DNA of 64,000 bases, from contig JADJQY010000009.1 in assembly GCA_016712505.1 (NCBI GenBank), positions 234,690-298,689 on the forward strand, read 5' to 3'. Below are positions 23,957 through 34,066 of the stretch, one piece after another; position 1 is the first letter of the stretch, and each line of letters starts with the position of its first letter. The position numbers were made by a program, and so were the translations under genes. This DNA comes from Candidatus Eiseniibacteriota bacterium. Lineage in GTDB: Bacteria; Eisenbacteria; RBG-16-71-46; CAIMUX01. The notes under the pieces were generated by a model. The model had not been told where the DNA came from. It ran no database searches and saw only the letters and a program-made list of their open reading frames with translations.

Positions 23957-25060
23957 TCATCCGATTGGCGTGTAGTGGGTCGTCCGCTGCACCGGCGTGA
24001 ATCCGGCTTCCCGGATCAGGGTCCGGATCTCCTCGACCGTGGTCTTCACTTCGTGTCCGGTCGCGAGGTGGACGTTCTCCTCGAAGATCGTTCCCCCGAA
24101 GTCGTCGGCGCCGTAGTGGAGCGCGATCTGACCGGTCTTCTTTCCCTCGCTGAACCACGAGGCCTGCACGTGGTCGAAGTTGTCGAGGTAGAGGCGGCTG
24201 GCGGCGAGGATGCGGCAGTAGCGTGCGGCTCCGGCGGGCTTGCGGCCGAGCGCGTCGATCCGAGCCTGCATCGGCGTGTTCCCCTTCTTGTAGGACCAGG
24301 GGACGAAGGCGGTGAAGCCGCGGGTCTCGTCCTGGAGCTCGCGGATCCGCTCGAAGTGCTCGATCAGGTCCTCGTCCTCTTCGATGTGGCCATACATCAT
24401 CGTCGCGGTCGAACGGTAGCCGAGCTGGTGCGCCGTGCGGTGCACTTCGAGCCAGGTGTCGGCGCCCCCCTTCTTGGCCGCGACCTTGAGGCGGATTCGA
24501 TCCGAAAGCACCTCGGCGCCACCGCCGGGGATGCTGCTCTGTCCGGCGTCCTTCAATTGCTGCAGCACTTCGCGGACGCTCAGGTTCGAGACCTTGGCCA
24601 TCTGGTGGATCTCGCTCGCGGTGAAGTAGTGCGGGGTCACGTCGGGAAAGCGGCGACAGGTCTCGCGCACCAGCGAGACGTAGTAGTCGAGTGGTAGATC
24701 CGGATTGTGACCGCCCTGGAGCAGGACCGTGGTTGCGCCCAACTCCGCCGCGCGCCCCACCCGCTCCATCACCTGCTCGACCGAGAGGGTGTATCCCTCG
24801 GAATGGCCCGGCTTCCGATAGAAGGCGCAGAAGGCGCAGTCAGTGGTGCAGATGTTGGTGTAGTTGGGGTTCGAGTCGATGACGTAGGTGACCTGATCCG
24901 CCGGAGCGCGGCGCGTGCGCAATTCGTGCGCGACCTGACCTAGCTCGGAGAGGGGAGCGTCCTGGAGGAGGACCAGCCCGTCCTGGCGATTCAGGCGGGC
25001 TCCGCCGCGGCATTTCTCGACGATCTCGTTCCAGCTCGAGCGGGTCATGGTGGCGTTCAT
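23957..25060 (-). CDS. mqnC: Radical SAM enzyme of the futalosine pathway, probably cyclic dehypoxanthine futalosine synthase (MqnC)
   Basis: 'YVIDSNPNYTNICTTDCAFCAFY' CxxxCxxC radical SAM motif in MqnC/MqnE-like context; MqnC vs MqnE assignment by motif resemblance only. Confidence 0.55.
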   Translation of the reverse strand: MNATMTRSSWNEIVEKCRGGARLNRQDGLVLLQDAPLSELGQVAHELRTRRAPADQVTYVIDSNPNYTNICTTDCAFCAFYRKPGHSEGYTLSVEQVMERVGRAAELGATTVLLQGGHNPDLPLDYYVSLVRETCRRFPDVTPHYFTASEIHQMAKVSNLSVREVLQQLKDAGQSSIPGGGAEVLSDRIRLKVAAKKGGADTWLEVHRTAHQLGYRSTATMMYGHIEEDEDLIEHFERIRELQDETRGFTAFVPWSYKKGNTPMQARIDALGRKPAGAARYCRILAASRLYLDNFDHVQASWFSEGKKTGQIALHYGADDFGGTIFEENVHLATGHEVKTTVEEIRTLIREAGFTPVQRTTHYTPIG

Positions 25061-25160
25061 GGGTCTCTTCGTTGTGGTGCGAGGGGTGGTGGAAGCGGGC
25101 AGCGCCAGATCGGACGCTGCCCGATTGGGCACTGCCCGATCGGACACTGCCCGCGTGCGA

Positions 25161-25790
25161 CTAGTGGTAGATGTCGACCGTGACCGTCCCCACGATGTTG
25201 AGGTCGACCCGGAGTTCCCAGTCGAAGCTGGTCGAGGCCCCGGTCGGTTGCGAGACCCCGGCCGCGGCGTACTTCAGCGTGATGTCCGAATCGACGCCCG
25301 CCTTGAGGTCGGCGAGCAGATCGTCGAGCGCGTCGTTCAGCACCGAGACTCCGGCGGGGGCGAGCGAGACTTCGGTCCAGTCGGTCGCGGTGTCGACGTC
25401 GAGTTCGAAGTCGGACACGAGCGAGGCGAGCGCGCCGCCGTCCCGCCCGACCGCGACCGTGCCGTCGGCGATGTGACGGCCAGGGTTGGGGTCTGGGACG
25501 GTGCAGCGGACATAGACGGCGGCCAGACTCAGATCGGTCAGGTCGGCGACGTCCACCCCGTTGTCGTCCAGGATCTCACGAATGTCGATGTCCTGGCCGA
25601 GGTTGAACTCCTCTTCCTGGGCGTAGGTATTGATGATGCCGCGGGCCTGGAACTCCTGAACGGCGGAGCCGACGACCGCGAGCTCCACGGTCCGCTCTTC
25701 CGCCTCCGGAATGAGCGGACAGCCGCTGCCGGCGAGCAGCATCCAGGCGCACGCGAGTGCCGCAGATGAAGCAAAGATACGGGCACGCAT
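25161..25790 (-). CDS. Hypothetical lipoprotein
   Basis: Signal peptide ending ...LLAGSGC (lipobox-like); acidic; no family recognised. Confidence 0.45.
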   Translation of the reverse strand: MRARIFASSAALACAWMLLAGSGCPLIPEAEERTVELAVVGSAVQEFQARGIINTYAQEEEFNLGQDIDIREILDDNGVDVADLTDLSLAAVYVRCTVPDPNPGRHIADGTVAVGRDGGALASLVSDFELDVDTATDWTEVSLAPAGVSVLNDALDDLLADLKAGVDSDITLKYAAAGVSQPTGASTSFDWELRVDLNIVGTVTVDIYH

Positions 25791-25803
25791 TACTGGATCC
25801 TCC

Positions 25804-26748
25804 TCAGTTTCCGAAGCTCAGGCCGAGCGCGACGGTGTTGGCCGCGGCGAGGTTGAACTCGATGTGGGCCTTCACGACCGGCAGGTTGGCGAGCAACCCG
25901 ACCGTTCCGTGCAGGTTGGTTTCCTTCTCGAAGTCGACCGAGATCTCGTCCACCGTCTCGATCCCGTCGGTCAACTCGTAGACCAGGTCCATCTCGAACG
26001 AGTCGTAGCCGACGCCGACGTAGGGCTGGAGCAGGCCGAAGTGCTTGCTCCCGGTGACGTCGAGGTGCAGCGCCTTGGTTTCGAGCAGATGGTCGCCCAG
26101 GTTGAAGGTCTGGTAGAACCCACCCACCGCGAGGTCGACCGGAAGATCCGGGATGTACTGGGTGATCGAGTGCTGTGCGCCGAGGCCGAGGAGTTCCAGG
26201 TCGCCCAGGTCCTCGCTCTCGTCGCCGAGCTTGACCGCGATCCAGCGGGCCGTGATCCGGGTGCCGAGCAGGTTGCCGATCGTGAGCTGCGGGACCGCGA
26301 TGCTGAAGTCGTCGATGTCGAACCCGCCGGAGAAGTAGTGCTGCGTGCCCGCCTCCCCGGGACGCAGTACGGCTTCCGTATCGCCGATGACCGTCGGGAC
26401 GATCGCCTCGTCCGCGTCACCTGGGCCATAGACCGCAGTGTAGGTCCGGTCGGCATCGTCGAACTGGGCCGACATGAGCTGAACCCCGAACTTGATGTTG
26501 AGGCCCTCCTTCGGCACGTCACCGGTCTGGAAGATCGACGTGTTGAGTGTGCTCGAGAGCGCGGTCGGGAGCGGGGAGAGATACCCCTCGGCGTTCTTGC
26601 CGGTGAGCCCGCTCACCCCGGCCGAGAGCTGTGCCTGTGAGACCTGCGTGAGTGTGAGCGTTGCGACCAGCGCCAACGCCGCCCTGACCAGGATTCCGGT
26701 CAGAGCGGAGCGGCGGGCGCCTCCTTGACGACAGTTCATGGGAGCCAT
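25804..26748 (-). CDS. Putative outer-membrane beta-barrel/porin-like protein
   Basis: RBS GGAGAAAGG directly upstream of ATG; signal peptide ...TQVSQA; alternating amphipathic strands, aromatic near C-terminus (...LSFGN). Confidence 0.4.
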   Translation of the reverse strand: MAPMNCRQGGARRSALTGILVRAALALVATLTLTQVSQAQLSAGVSGLTGKNAEGYLSPLPTALSSTLNTSIFQTGDVPKEGLNIKFGVQLMSAQFDDADRTYTAVYGPGDADEAIVPTVIGDTEAVLRPGEAGTQHYFSGGFDIDDFSIAVPQLTIGNLLGTRITARWIAVKLGDESEDLGDLELLGLGAQHSITQYIPDLPVDLAVGGFYQTFNLGDHLLETKALHLDVTGSKHFGLLQPYVGVGYDSFEMDLVYELTDGIETVDEISVDFEKETNLHGTVGLLANLPVVKAHIEFNLAAANTVALGLSFGN

Positions 26749-26787
26749 CCTTTCTCCGGGACAACAGGCGAACACTGATCGCGCAGA

Positions 26788-27705
26788 TTATCCGCCCTTT
26801 TTGGGGGGTGTCAACGCGCCGCCCGGCCAGACGCTGACCGCGATCCCACCGAGAATCATCGCCCCGAACCCGAGCACGGTTGCGTGCAATCGATCCGTGC
26901 CCCAGATCGGGCCGAAGGCGACGGCCAGCGGCGGGTTCAGAAGGACGAAGGCGGCCACGCTGCTGGCCGGCAGGTGGCGCAGCGCGGCGTACCAGATCGC
27001 GAACCCCACGATGGTGCAGAGCAGCCAGAGGTGGATCCAGGCGACGTGGTCCGCGACCGCGAAGGCAAGGAACTCCGCGCGCACCGAAGATTGGAACAAC
27101 GGGGCAAAGAGAAACGGAAGGCTGCCGATCCCGAGCGAGATGTAGGTGACCCGGACCGGCGACTCCCGCTGCACCAAGGGGCGCCCCAGGAGCGTGGCGA
27201 CCGCCCAGGAGAGCGGGGCAAGAAGCGTCACCAGGGCGTGGGTGGTGTAGCTGGCCCCGAGGTCACGCCCCTGGCTCCGCAGGAGCAGGAAGACGCCGGT
27301 GAAGGCGACGGCGAGCCCGATCGCCTTCCGGGCCTGGAATCGCTCCTGCCGGATGAGCAGTGCGATGCCGTAGGTGAGGATCGGGTTGGTCGCGATCAGA
27401 AGAGCCGCGGTCCCGGCGGCGACCAGTCCCTGGCCCCAGTTGAGGCAGAGGTTGTAGATCGGCACCATCAGGAGGCCCATCAGGACAAGTCTCAGCGGAT
27501 GGGCGCGCAGGATGCGGAGATTCTCACTCGGGCGAGACAGGCCCGCCCAGATTAGGCAGAAGAGCCCGACCGGGGCGAAGCGCAGCGTGATCAGATCCCA
27601 GGCGGAAACGGTGCGTCGGAGCCAGCCGATCGCGTGGAACGAGTTCGACCAGAAGAGGAAGAGGATCAGGATCGCCGCGAACCAGGCGAGGGGGCGATCC
27701 TTCAC
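26788..27705 (-). CDS. EamA/DMT-family transporter
   Basis: 10 predicted TM helices, duplicated EamA-like halves; GTG start overlapping mqnA stop (GTGA). Confidence 0.7.
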   Translation of the reverse strand: MKDRPLAWFAAILILFLFWSNSFHAIGWLRRTVSAWDLITLRFAPVGLFCLIWAGLSRPSENLRILRAHPLRLVLMGLLMVPIYNLCLNWGQGLVAAGTAALLIATNPILTYGIALLIRQERFQARKAIGLAVAFTGVFLLLRSQGRDLGASYTTHALVTLLAPLSWAVATLLGRPLVQRESPVRVTYISLGIGSLPFLFAPLFQSSVRAEFLAFAVADHVAWIHLWLLCTIVGFAIWYAALRHLPASSVAAFVLLNPPLAVAFGPIWGTDRLHATVLGFGAMILGGIAVSVWPGGALTPPKKGG

Positions 27706-28715
27706 GGGGCGGTGAAGCGAGGCGGCGTTGTGACCGGCCCCGGCTCGGTCAGGAGACCGTGCCGGCGCACGAGGCGCTGGTACTCGGCCGCGGCCTCCTC
27801 CTCGGGCGCGCCGAGGCGATAGGTGAATCCGCGGAGATAGGACGTCAGGTGTTCGCGGTCGCCCAGATCGGCCGGGAGGTCGCGGGTCAGTTCCGGCAGG
27901 CGCGAGAGGCCGCGACTCAGCGATTCCCCGAGGAAACGGCCGAGCCAGACCTTGGCCTCGTCGGGCAGTTCGCGCCGCACCGACCAGCGGGCGAAGACGA
28001 ACGGCAGGTCTTTCCAGTCGCGCCAGGCGGCGGAGAGATCGATTGCTTGCACGAAGCCGGCAGGCGGCCGGTGTTGCCAGCGGAGCGCGAGGTCGCCGAT
28101 CACCAGGGCGGCGTCGAGCGCGTCGGGTCCGCTCGCCGTGATGGCGTCATCGAGGGCCAGCGGCAGACGGCGGTAGCTCTCGGGCTGGACTCCGTAGCGC
28201 ACCTCGAGCAGGAGCCGCAGCAGCCGGAAGGAGGTCGAGGTCTCGCCGGTCACCCCGATCGTCGCGCCGTCGAGGCGGTGTGCCTCGGCACGACTCAGAT
28301 CCTGGCCGGCGGCGAAGCGCGGGCTGGGCGAGTGGGTGCCGGAAGGAGACTCGAGAACCCGCGCCGCGCGTACGAAGAGGAGCACGCTCTCGACCCGATC
28401 TTGGTTGGCGATCCCGAAGGTTTCGCGCTCCGGCTGCGCGGGGACGACGATCGGCTCGAACTGATCCTCCAGCCGCGTCAGGTCCGCCAGGGCCATCAGC
28501 CCGGCGTCGATTTCTCCCGCTTCCGCCGCCTGTCCGAGCTGTCGTGGCGGGAGGTCGACCGAGGTCCAGAGCCCCTCGCTCCGGGGCTCCAGTTCCGACC
28601 AGGAAACGTAGAAGGGAGCGGAGTTGAGGTAGGGGATCCGCGCCACCCGGGCCGGTCGGAGCAATCCGGCGACCGAGGTCCGTTCACCGCGGGCGTCGTG
28701 CCGCGCGTCCGTCAT
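27702..28715 (-). CDS. mqnA: Chorismate dehydratase (MqnA), futalosine pathway
   Basis: 'RIPYLNSAPFY' N-terminal motif typical of MqnA; GGGAGAG RBS 7 nt upstream. Confidence 0.7.
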   Translation of the reverse strand: MTDARHDARGERTSVAGLLRPARVARIPYLNSAPFYVSWSELEPRSEGLWTSVDLPPRQLGQAAEAGEIDAGLMALADLTRLEDQFEPIVVPAQPERETFGIANQDRVESVLLFVRAARVLESPSGTHSPSPRFAAGQDLSRAEAHRLDGATIGVTGETSTSFRLLRLLLEVRYGVQPESYRRLPLALDDAITASGPDALDAALVIGDLALRWQHRPPAGFVQAIDLSAAWRDWKDLPFVFARWSVRRELPDEAKVWLGRFLGESLSRGLSRLPELTRDLPADLGDREHLTSYLRGFTYRLGAPEEEAAAEYQRLVRRHGLLTEPGPVTTPPRFTAP

Positions 28716-28757
28716 GAGCCTGCTCTCCCTGGCGTCCCGTCCGGGCCGCGCCCACGA

Positions 28758-30095
28758 CTACGCCCCCGCGACGACCTGGCCGGGGGCTGTGACCTGTCCT
28801 GTCGATGCGATGTCTCCGGTCGCGGTGCCCGGCTCCGACGCGCGGATCGGGTAGCGGTCCACGATGTTGTAGAGCGCGTCGCGCTCGACCGGGATCTTCC
28901 CGGCCTCCCGGATCATCTGCAGAATCCGTTCGCGCGCCAAGCCTACCGGACTCTCGGCCAGCGCGGCGTGGGCGATCTTCTCCTCGAAGATCGTGCCGTC
29001 GATGTCCGAGGCGCCGAAGTTGAGTCCGACCGAGGCGGTGTCCTCGCCGAGCATCACCCAGTACGACTTGATGTGGGGCATGTTGTCCATCAGCAGGCGG
29101 GCCGCCGCGATCGTCTTCAAGTCCTCCACCGCCGAGGGGCCGCGCTTCACGATGTCGGAGTATCCGGTCTGGAAGGCGAGAGGGATGAAGGCGAGGAATC
29201 CAGGTGCCTCGTCCTCCAGCTCGCGGAGGAGCAGCATGTGGTCGACCCGTTCTTCGTGGGTCTCGATGTGCCCGTAGAGCAGGGTGGAGTTGGTCGGAAT
29301 TCCCATGCGATGGGCGATGCGGTGGACATTGAGCCACGCCTCGGCGCCGATCTTCTTCGGGAAGAGCTCCGCGCGGACCCGTTCGGAGAAGACCTCCGCT
29401 CCGCCGCCCGGCATCGAGTCGAGCCCCGCCTCGACCAGGGTCTCGAGTACCCGTTCGATCGAGAGCTTCGCGATCTTGGCGAAGAAGTCGATCTCGACCG
29501 CCGTATAGGCCTTGATCTGGATGGTGGGGAAGGCGCGCCGGATCTGCCGCACCACGTCGACGTAGTAGTCGAAGCGCCACTGGTGGTGCAGTCCGCCCAC
29601 GATGTGCACCTCGCGCAGCTCCGGGCTCAGCTTGGCCAGCACCTGGTCGATCGACATCGCGTACCCCTTCGGATCGAGCGGGTGGTGCGCGTAGTCACAG
29701 AACTTGCAGTCGAGCACACAGAGGTTGGTCGGGTTCACCTGCCGGTTGAAGACGAAGTAGGCCTGGTCGCCGTGGAGTTGGGTCTTCCGCCAGTCCGCCA
29801 TCGCGCCCAGGCCATTCAGGTCGGGGGAGGCGAAGAGGGTCAGGCCGTCGGACCTGGTCAGGCGTTCGCCCGTTTGCACCTTGCGCCAGATCGGCTCGAG
29901 CGCCGGGTCGCGGAAGCGGAGGTCCGGCTCCGGGCGCGGTTGGCCGTTGAGAAAGGCAGCGCTTTCAGGCTGGCCGTCCGGCAGGTGACTCCGCGCGCGA
30001 TTCCGTTCCGGGGCGCGTGCGGCGGCCGCGGTCAGGTCGGCCTCCGCCAGCTCCTTGGTCGACTGCCAGAGCGAGTCTTGCGTGGGTTCGGTCAT
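28758..30095 (-). CDS. mqnE: Radical SAM enzyme, probably aminodeoxyfutalosine synthase (MqnE)
   Basis: 'FVFNRQVNPTNLCVLDCKFCDYA' radical SAM motif; start set at MTEPTQ with GAGGA RBS, track N-terminal extension is R/P-rich and rejected. Confidence 0.55.
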   Translation of the reverse strand: MTEPTQDSLWQSTKELAEADLTAAAARAPERNRARSHLPDGQPESAAFLNGQPRPEPDLRFRDPALEPIWRKVQTGERLTRSDGLTLFASPDLNGLGAMADWRKTQLHGDQAYFVFNRQVNPTNLCVLDCKFCDYAHHPLDPKGYAMSIDQVLAKLSPELREVHIVGGLHHQWRFDYYVDVVRQIRRAFPTIQIKAYTAVEIDFFAKIAKLSIERVLETLVEAGLDSMPGGGAEVFSERVRAELFPKKIGAEAWLNVHRIAHRMGIPTNSTLLYGHIETHEERVDHMLLLRELEDEAPGFLAFIPLAFQTGYSDIVKRGPSAVEDLKTIAAARLLMDNMPHIKSYWVMLGEDTASVGLNFGASDIDGTIFEEKIAHAALAESPVGLARERILQMIREAGKIPVERDALYNIVDRYPIRASEPGTATGDIASTGQVTAPGQVVAGA

Positions 30096-30243
30096 CGTCC
30101 TCTTCCGTTGGTCGTTGGGCCGGCGGGCGTCTGGTTGCCGGGAGAATAGCGGCTTCGCGGGCGGCTGTCGACCGGGTGCGGGGGACGGGGGCGAGGTGCC
30201 CGCGCATGGTCCGGAGTGTGACTGGGCCGCCTCGACGCGGGTG

Positions 30244-30300
30244 GGGTGGTCGAACTGTCCCCGGGGGGAGTGTGCGGCGCGGCGACGATGGCTGCGGGCG
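30244..30300 (+). repeat. Palindromic repeat copy C (gaactgtccccggggggag + GTGTGCGGCG...GGTTGGATGGTCGAGC tail)
   Basis: Read directly; tail shares 'ggttggatSgtcgagc' with copies B and D. Confidence 0.7.
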
Positions 30301-30329
30301 GGTTGGATGGTCGAGCGGGCGGGAGGCGG

Positions 30330-30520
30330 GGGCGCGAGACGGGAGGCGCGAGGCGCGAGGCCGCGCGGGTGGCGGGACGTGAGGCGCGCGACGCGGGGCG
30401 CGGGGTGCGGGGCGCGCGGCGCGAGGCGCGGCGGCGCAGGCGGTTGGTAAGACGGGAGACGAGGCACGCGGGGCGAGGGCGACGGGAAAGCCGGGGAAGT
30501 GAAAGGTGAGTTGCGAGGAG
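30330..30520 (+). repeat. Cryptic purine/GC-rich simple repeat (gaggcgcg/ggcgcgg units)
   Basis: Degenerate tandem 'gaggcgcgaggcgcgaggccgcg...' tract upstream of HNH paralog 2. Confidence 0.6.
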
Positions 30521-30866
30521 TGAGGTGCGAGGGGTGAGAAGCTAGAGGGGAAAGGTGAGGCGCAAGGCGACGGGCGCAAGACGCGAGGCTTGCCGCGAAG
30601 TCCGTCGAGACGGCCGCAGAAAGTGAGTGTCGTGGCGATTTTGAGTTGACGGAGTCTGCGGATCAGCGTTCCGGACATTGCCGTGCGACCGCAGGACTGG
30701 TCGGTGATGCCGTCGGGTGGGACCACACGGGAGATCGCGTTGCTCTGGTCGCTCGCTGGTGCAACGGACCCAGTTCGTCGTGCCTTGGGCAACCCACAGG
30801 CTCGAAAGGAGCGGGCCTATCATTCCTGAAGCACGGTAGGTGAAGGGCAGCACGGGGAGGTTGCGC

Positions 30867-32354
30867 ATGATCGGAGGAAGAATGGAGCGATCGGAGCTGG
30901 ATTCGAGCGTTGATTCCCTGGTCGCGAATGGCCGGGAGTTGTCGTCACGCGGAGAGGTGGAACGCTTGGCCGATCACGACCTGATCCGTGCGGTCATCGC
31001 GCTTGCCGGGCGGGCGCGAGCGGTTACCGCCGAGTTGCTGGTGCACCTGGGCGAGCTGGATGCTCGTCGCCTGCACCTTGCCGCCGGGTGCGCATCGACC
31101 TTTGCGTACTGTATCGAAGTTCTCCGGATGTCTGAACCTGCCGCGTACCATCGCATCACCGCCGCCCGCGCTGCTCGGAAGTTCCCCGCGCTGGTGCGCC
31201 ATCTCCGGTCCGGGGAACTCCATCTGAGCGGCGTCTGCTTGCTCGCTCCTGTCCTGACCGAGGCGAACGTCGATCACTGGATCGCGCGGGCGCGCGGACA
31301 ATCGAAGCGCGCCCTCGAGCGACTCCTGGGTGCTTCGCAGGCTGCCCGCATGTCGGCCGCCCACGACACCGCCCGTGACGCCACGGCCAGAAAGGCGTCC
31401 GAAGAGGGGGCGACCGGCTCGGACTCCTCGGCCCTCATTGCTGGGGTGGAGGCGACAGCGGGCGACCGCGGGGAGCGAGCTGAGCAGCAGGTTCGACCTG
31501 GCCAAGTCGGACCAGAGCCAGCTCGCGCGCGCGACGCTCGCGATCGGAGCGACTGGGACGACGGAGGTAACGGAGCTGGGTCGCGAGAGCAGGCCGCCGC
31601 GGTGAAGGTCGGTGCCGGCTCCTCGGCTGTGGCGCCGCTACGCGCGCTGCGTGACCTGCGCGTGCCGGTAGATCCTGAGTTCCTCGATCTGCTCGATGCC
31701 GCACGCGACCTCGCTCGGCATCGCAATCCCTCGGGTGACCTGACGACCTTGCTGCGCCTCGCCCTTCAGGCGCTGATCCAGCAGACGGAGTCACGGCGGT
31801 GCGGCCGCGCGGTGACGGCGACGAAAGGCGAGCCACCGAGCGAAACGCCGAGGCAAGAAGAGGCTTCCGCCCGTGGAGATTCGGTCGCTGCGGTGAGTGT
31901 CCAGCGTGATGTTGCCGGATCACCGCCTCGCGCCGCGACGGAACCCTCCGGTATCACTCGGGCTTGTCCTCAGGTTCACCCGTCGCGGTCCCGCTACATC
32001 CCTGTTGCCGTCCGACGCGAAGTATGGCGACGCGACGGCGCTCGCTGCGCCTTCGTCGCGGAGGACGGCCGACGCTGCACGTCGCGAGCCTTCCTCGAGT
32101 TTCATCACCTGGTGCCGTTCGCTCTCCGCGGCGACCACTCCGTTCCGAACCTCGCCCTCCGCTGCCAACCGCACAACAAGTACGAAGCGGAACTCGCGTT
32201 CGACCTGGGTGCACAGCGGACGCGCGAACTTCCCCCGGGGGGAGTGTGCGGCGGGCAAAGCCCGGGAAGTTGGGATGTCGAGCCCCCAAGGCTCGCTTGT
32301 GGCGCAGCGACGGCGACTCGAGACCCCGCGGCGGCGCTCCTGGCTTTCGCTTGA
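30867..32354 (+). CDS. DUF222 domain + HNH endonuclease protein, paralog 2
   Basis: Same N- and C-terminal blocks as paralog 1 ('HLGELDARRLHLAAGCASTFAYCIEVLRMSEPAAYHRITAAR', 'CAFVAEDGRRCTSRAFLEFHHLVPFALRGDHSVPNLALRCQPHNKYEA'); 3' end of ORF reads through palindrome/intron-like repeat B. Confidence 0.8.
   Translation: MIGGRMERSELDSSVDSLVANGRELSSRGEVERLADHDLIRAVIALAGRARAVTAELLVHLGELDARRLHLAAGCASTFAYCIEVLRMSEPAAYHRITAARAARKFPALVRHLRSGELHLSGVCLLAPVLTEANVDHWIARARGQSKRALERLLGASQAARMSAAHDTARDATARKASEEGATGSDSSALIAGVEATAGDRGERAEQQVRPGQVGPEPARARDARDRSDWDDGGNGAGSREQAAAVKVGAGSSAVAPLRALRDLRVPVDPEFLDLLDAARDLARHRNPSGDLTTLLRLALQALIQQTESRRCGRAVTATKGEPPSETPRQEEASARGDSVAAVSVQRDVAGSPPRAATEPSGITRACPQVHPSRSRYIPVAVRREVWRRDGARCAFVAEDGRRCTSRAFLEFHHLVPFALRGDHSVPNLALRCQPHNKYEAELAFDLGAQRTRELPPGGVCGGQSPGSWDVEPPRLACGAATATRDPAAALLAFA
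32226..32300 (+). repeat. Palindromic repeat copy B followed by ~75 nt closely matching the group II intron 5' end
   Basis: 'gtgtgcggcgggcaaagcccgggaagttgggatgtcgagcc...ggctcgcttg' vs intron 'gtgtgcgccaggcaaagcctgggaagggaggatggtgagcc...ggctcacttg'. Confidence 0.7.
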
Positions 32355-32630
32355 CGTGCTCATGGCCCCGGAGGGATCGTTCGCCAGGTCGGGCGAGGTC
32401 TTGCGGTTCCATCCGCGCCCTGATGCGCACCGAAGGACCCTCGGTTCTCGACTCCGGAATCCACGAACCAGCGATGACGTGCCGTTGCTGCTCGCGGACC
32501 GTATCGCCACCGGGAATTGCACGACTCGAAGGCGCCCGTAGGCCGGCGCTGAGCCGGTCAGACGAGGGATCTACTTCGCCCGATTGGAGGGAGGCGGGAC
32601 GGCGGGCACCAGGCGCCTCGTGATTCTCCG

Positions 32631-33991
32631 ATGACGACTCGAATTCGAACCATACAGCCCAGGTTGCCCTTGAGGTGTCTCTGGCGGCTCGGCGTCCGAT
32701 GGCTCCTCCTCGCCGCCAGCCTGGCCACGGGCACCGTCCATGCCCGAACCCTCGTCGTGGAGGGCAACCCCACCGGAGCCCGAGATGTCGTGAAGGCAGT
32801 GCTGGCGGAGGCACAAGATGGCGACACCATCCAGATCAACGCCGGGACCTACTACGAGAACCTCGACATCACCCAGCGCAGTCTGACGATTCTCGGCGCT
32901 GGCGCTTCGGTCACGACGCTCTACGGGGAGGACGGCGTCACCATCCTCCCCGGAGCCGTCATCCGAAATGCCGACATGACAGCGCGCGACCTGGTGCTCG
33001 AAGGGATCACCTTCGCCGAGGGAACATCGTGGCGTGGACTTGTCGAAGGCGACGGTGTCGGTGGTAACGTCTGTTGGTCCAACGAGGAATGCTCGGGGTC
33101 GTTCGCGATCCAGAAACTGCGTCCTCGAGCGTGGCACGGCGGCCTACGGGGGCGGCCTGTATGTCCACGGTCTGCGAAATGTCGTGGTCGAGTCCTGCGA
33201 GTTCCGGAATAACCACGCATCGCGCAACGGGGGGAATGTCTTTCTCGCTGGGTGCCTGTCGCGGAGGGGCGAAATCGTATTCGCGGGGAACACCGATCGA
33301 GATCGGTGGCATCTCAGGTCGAGATGCCGGTGGCTTCTTCGCAAGGGATGCAGACCGGATCGAATTCTCCGGGAATAGAGTCTCCTCGACTCCGAACCCG
33401 GAACCATGTCGCGGCATCATCCTCCTAGACGTGAAGGAGATCCGGATCGACGGCAACCTCGTCGAGGACGATGGCGGCGACTGCGCGTCCTACATTACGG
33501 CGGAGAACTTCACCCACGGAGCCGTAAAGGTCGAGTTCACGAACAACACCGTTCGGAGGTCAGGGGCAGGCGTTCCTCGGGAGCCGGTTCTCATGGGGAG
33601 TTCTCGCGATCTCATCGTCACCGGAAACACGGTCTGGGGGACAAAGCTTGTCTGTAGCACAGGGTTCGGAACTGGCATGGTTACGCACAATGTGGTCAGC
33701 GGAGGCCTGCTCCACGCGGACTTCACCGGCACGGGGGAAGCGTCCTGCAACGTGACCTGGCCGGATCCGATCCTGGTGACGGGGCAACGTCCGGTGATGT
33801 CGGACAACGTCGTGGCCGATCCGTTGTTCTGCGATCCGGAAGGAGGTGACCTCCGGGTGGCGGCAAGTAGTCCATGCGTGACGAATCCGGCCTGCGCGCG
33901 GATCGGGGCGTACACGGTAGGTTGTGGGGACACCCCGGTGCTGAAGCAGAGCTGGGGAGCGATCAAGGCGCGCTGGGGCGTCGCGCGATAG
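32631..33991 (+). pseudogene. Secreted beta-helix protein gene (class with 'SWGAIKARW' tail) disrupted by two +1 frameshifts
   Basis: Protein continues across three frames (ORFs 32631.., 33034.., 33074..33991); shifts map to a cc run (~33110) and a gggg run (~33285); N-terminal signal peptide and C-terminal tail both present. Confidence 0.6.
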
Positions 33992-34066
33992 GGGAGCGCG
34001 CGGCGTGAGCGGGATCATCGGCATCTTCCTGCGCCCGCGCTTCGAGGTGCACGTGGTGAGCCCTTC

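Larger units (their letters stand above)
30244..32300 (+). mobile_element. REP13E12-like repeat element copy 2
   Basis: HNH/DUF222 gene bounded by palindromic repeat copies C (30244) and B (32226). Confidence 0.5.
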
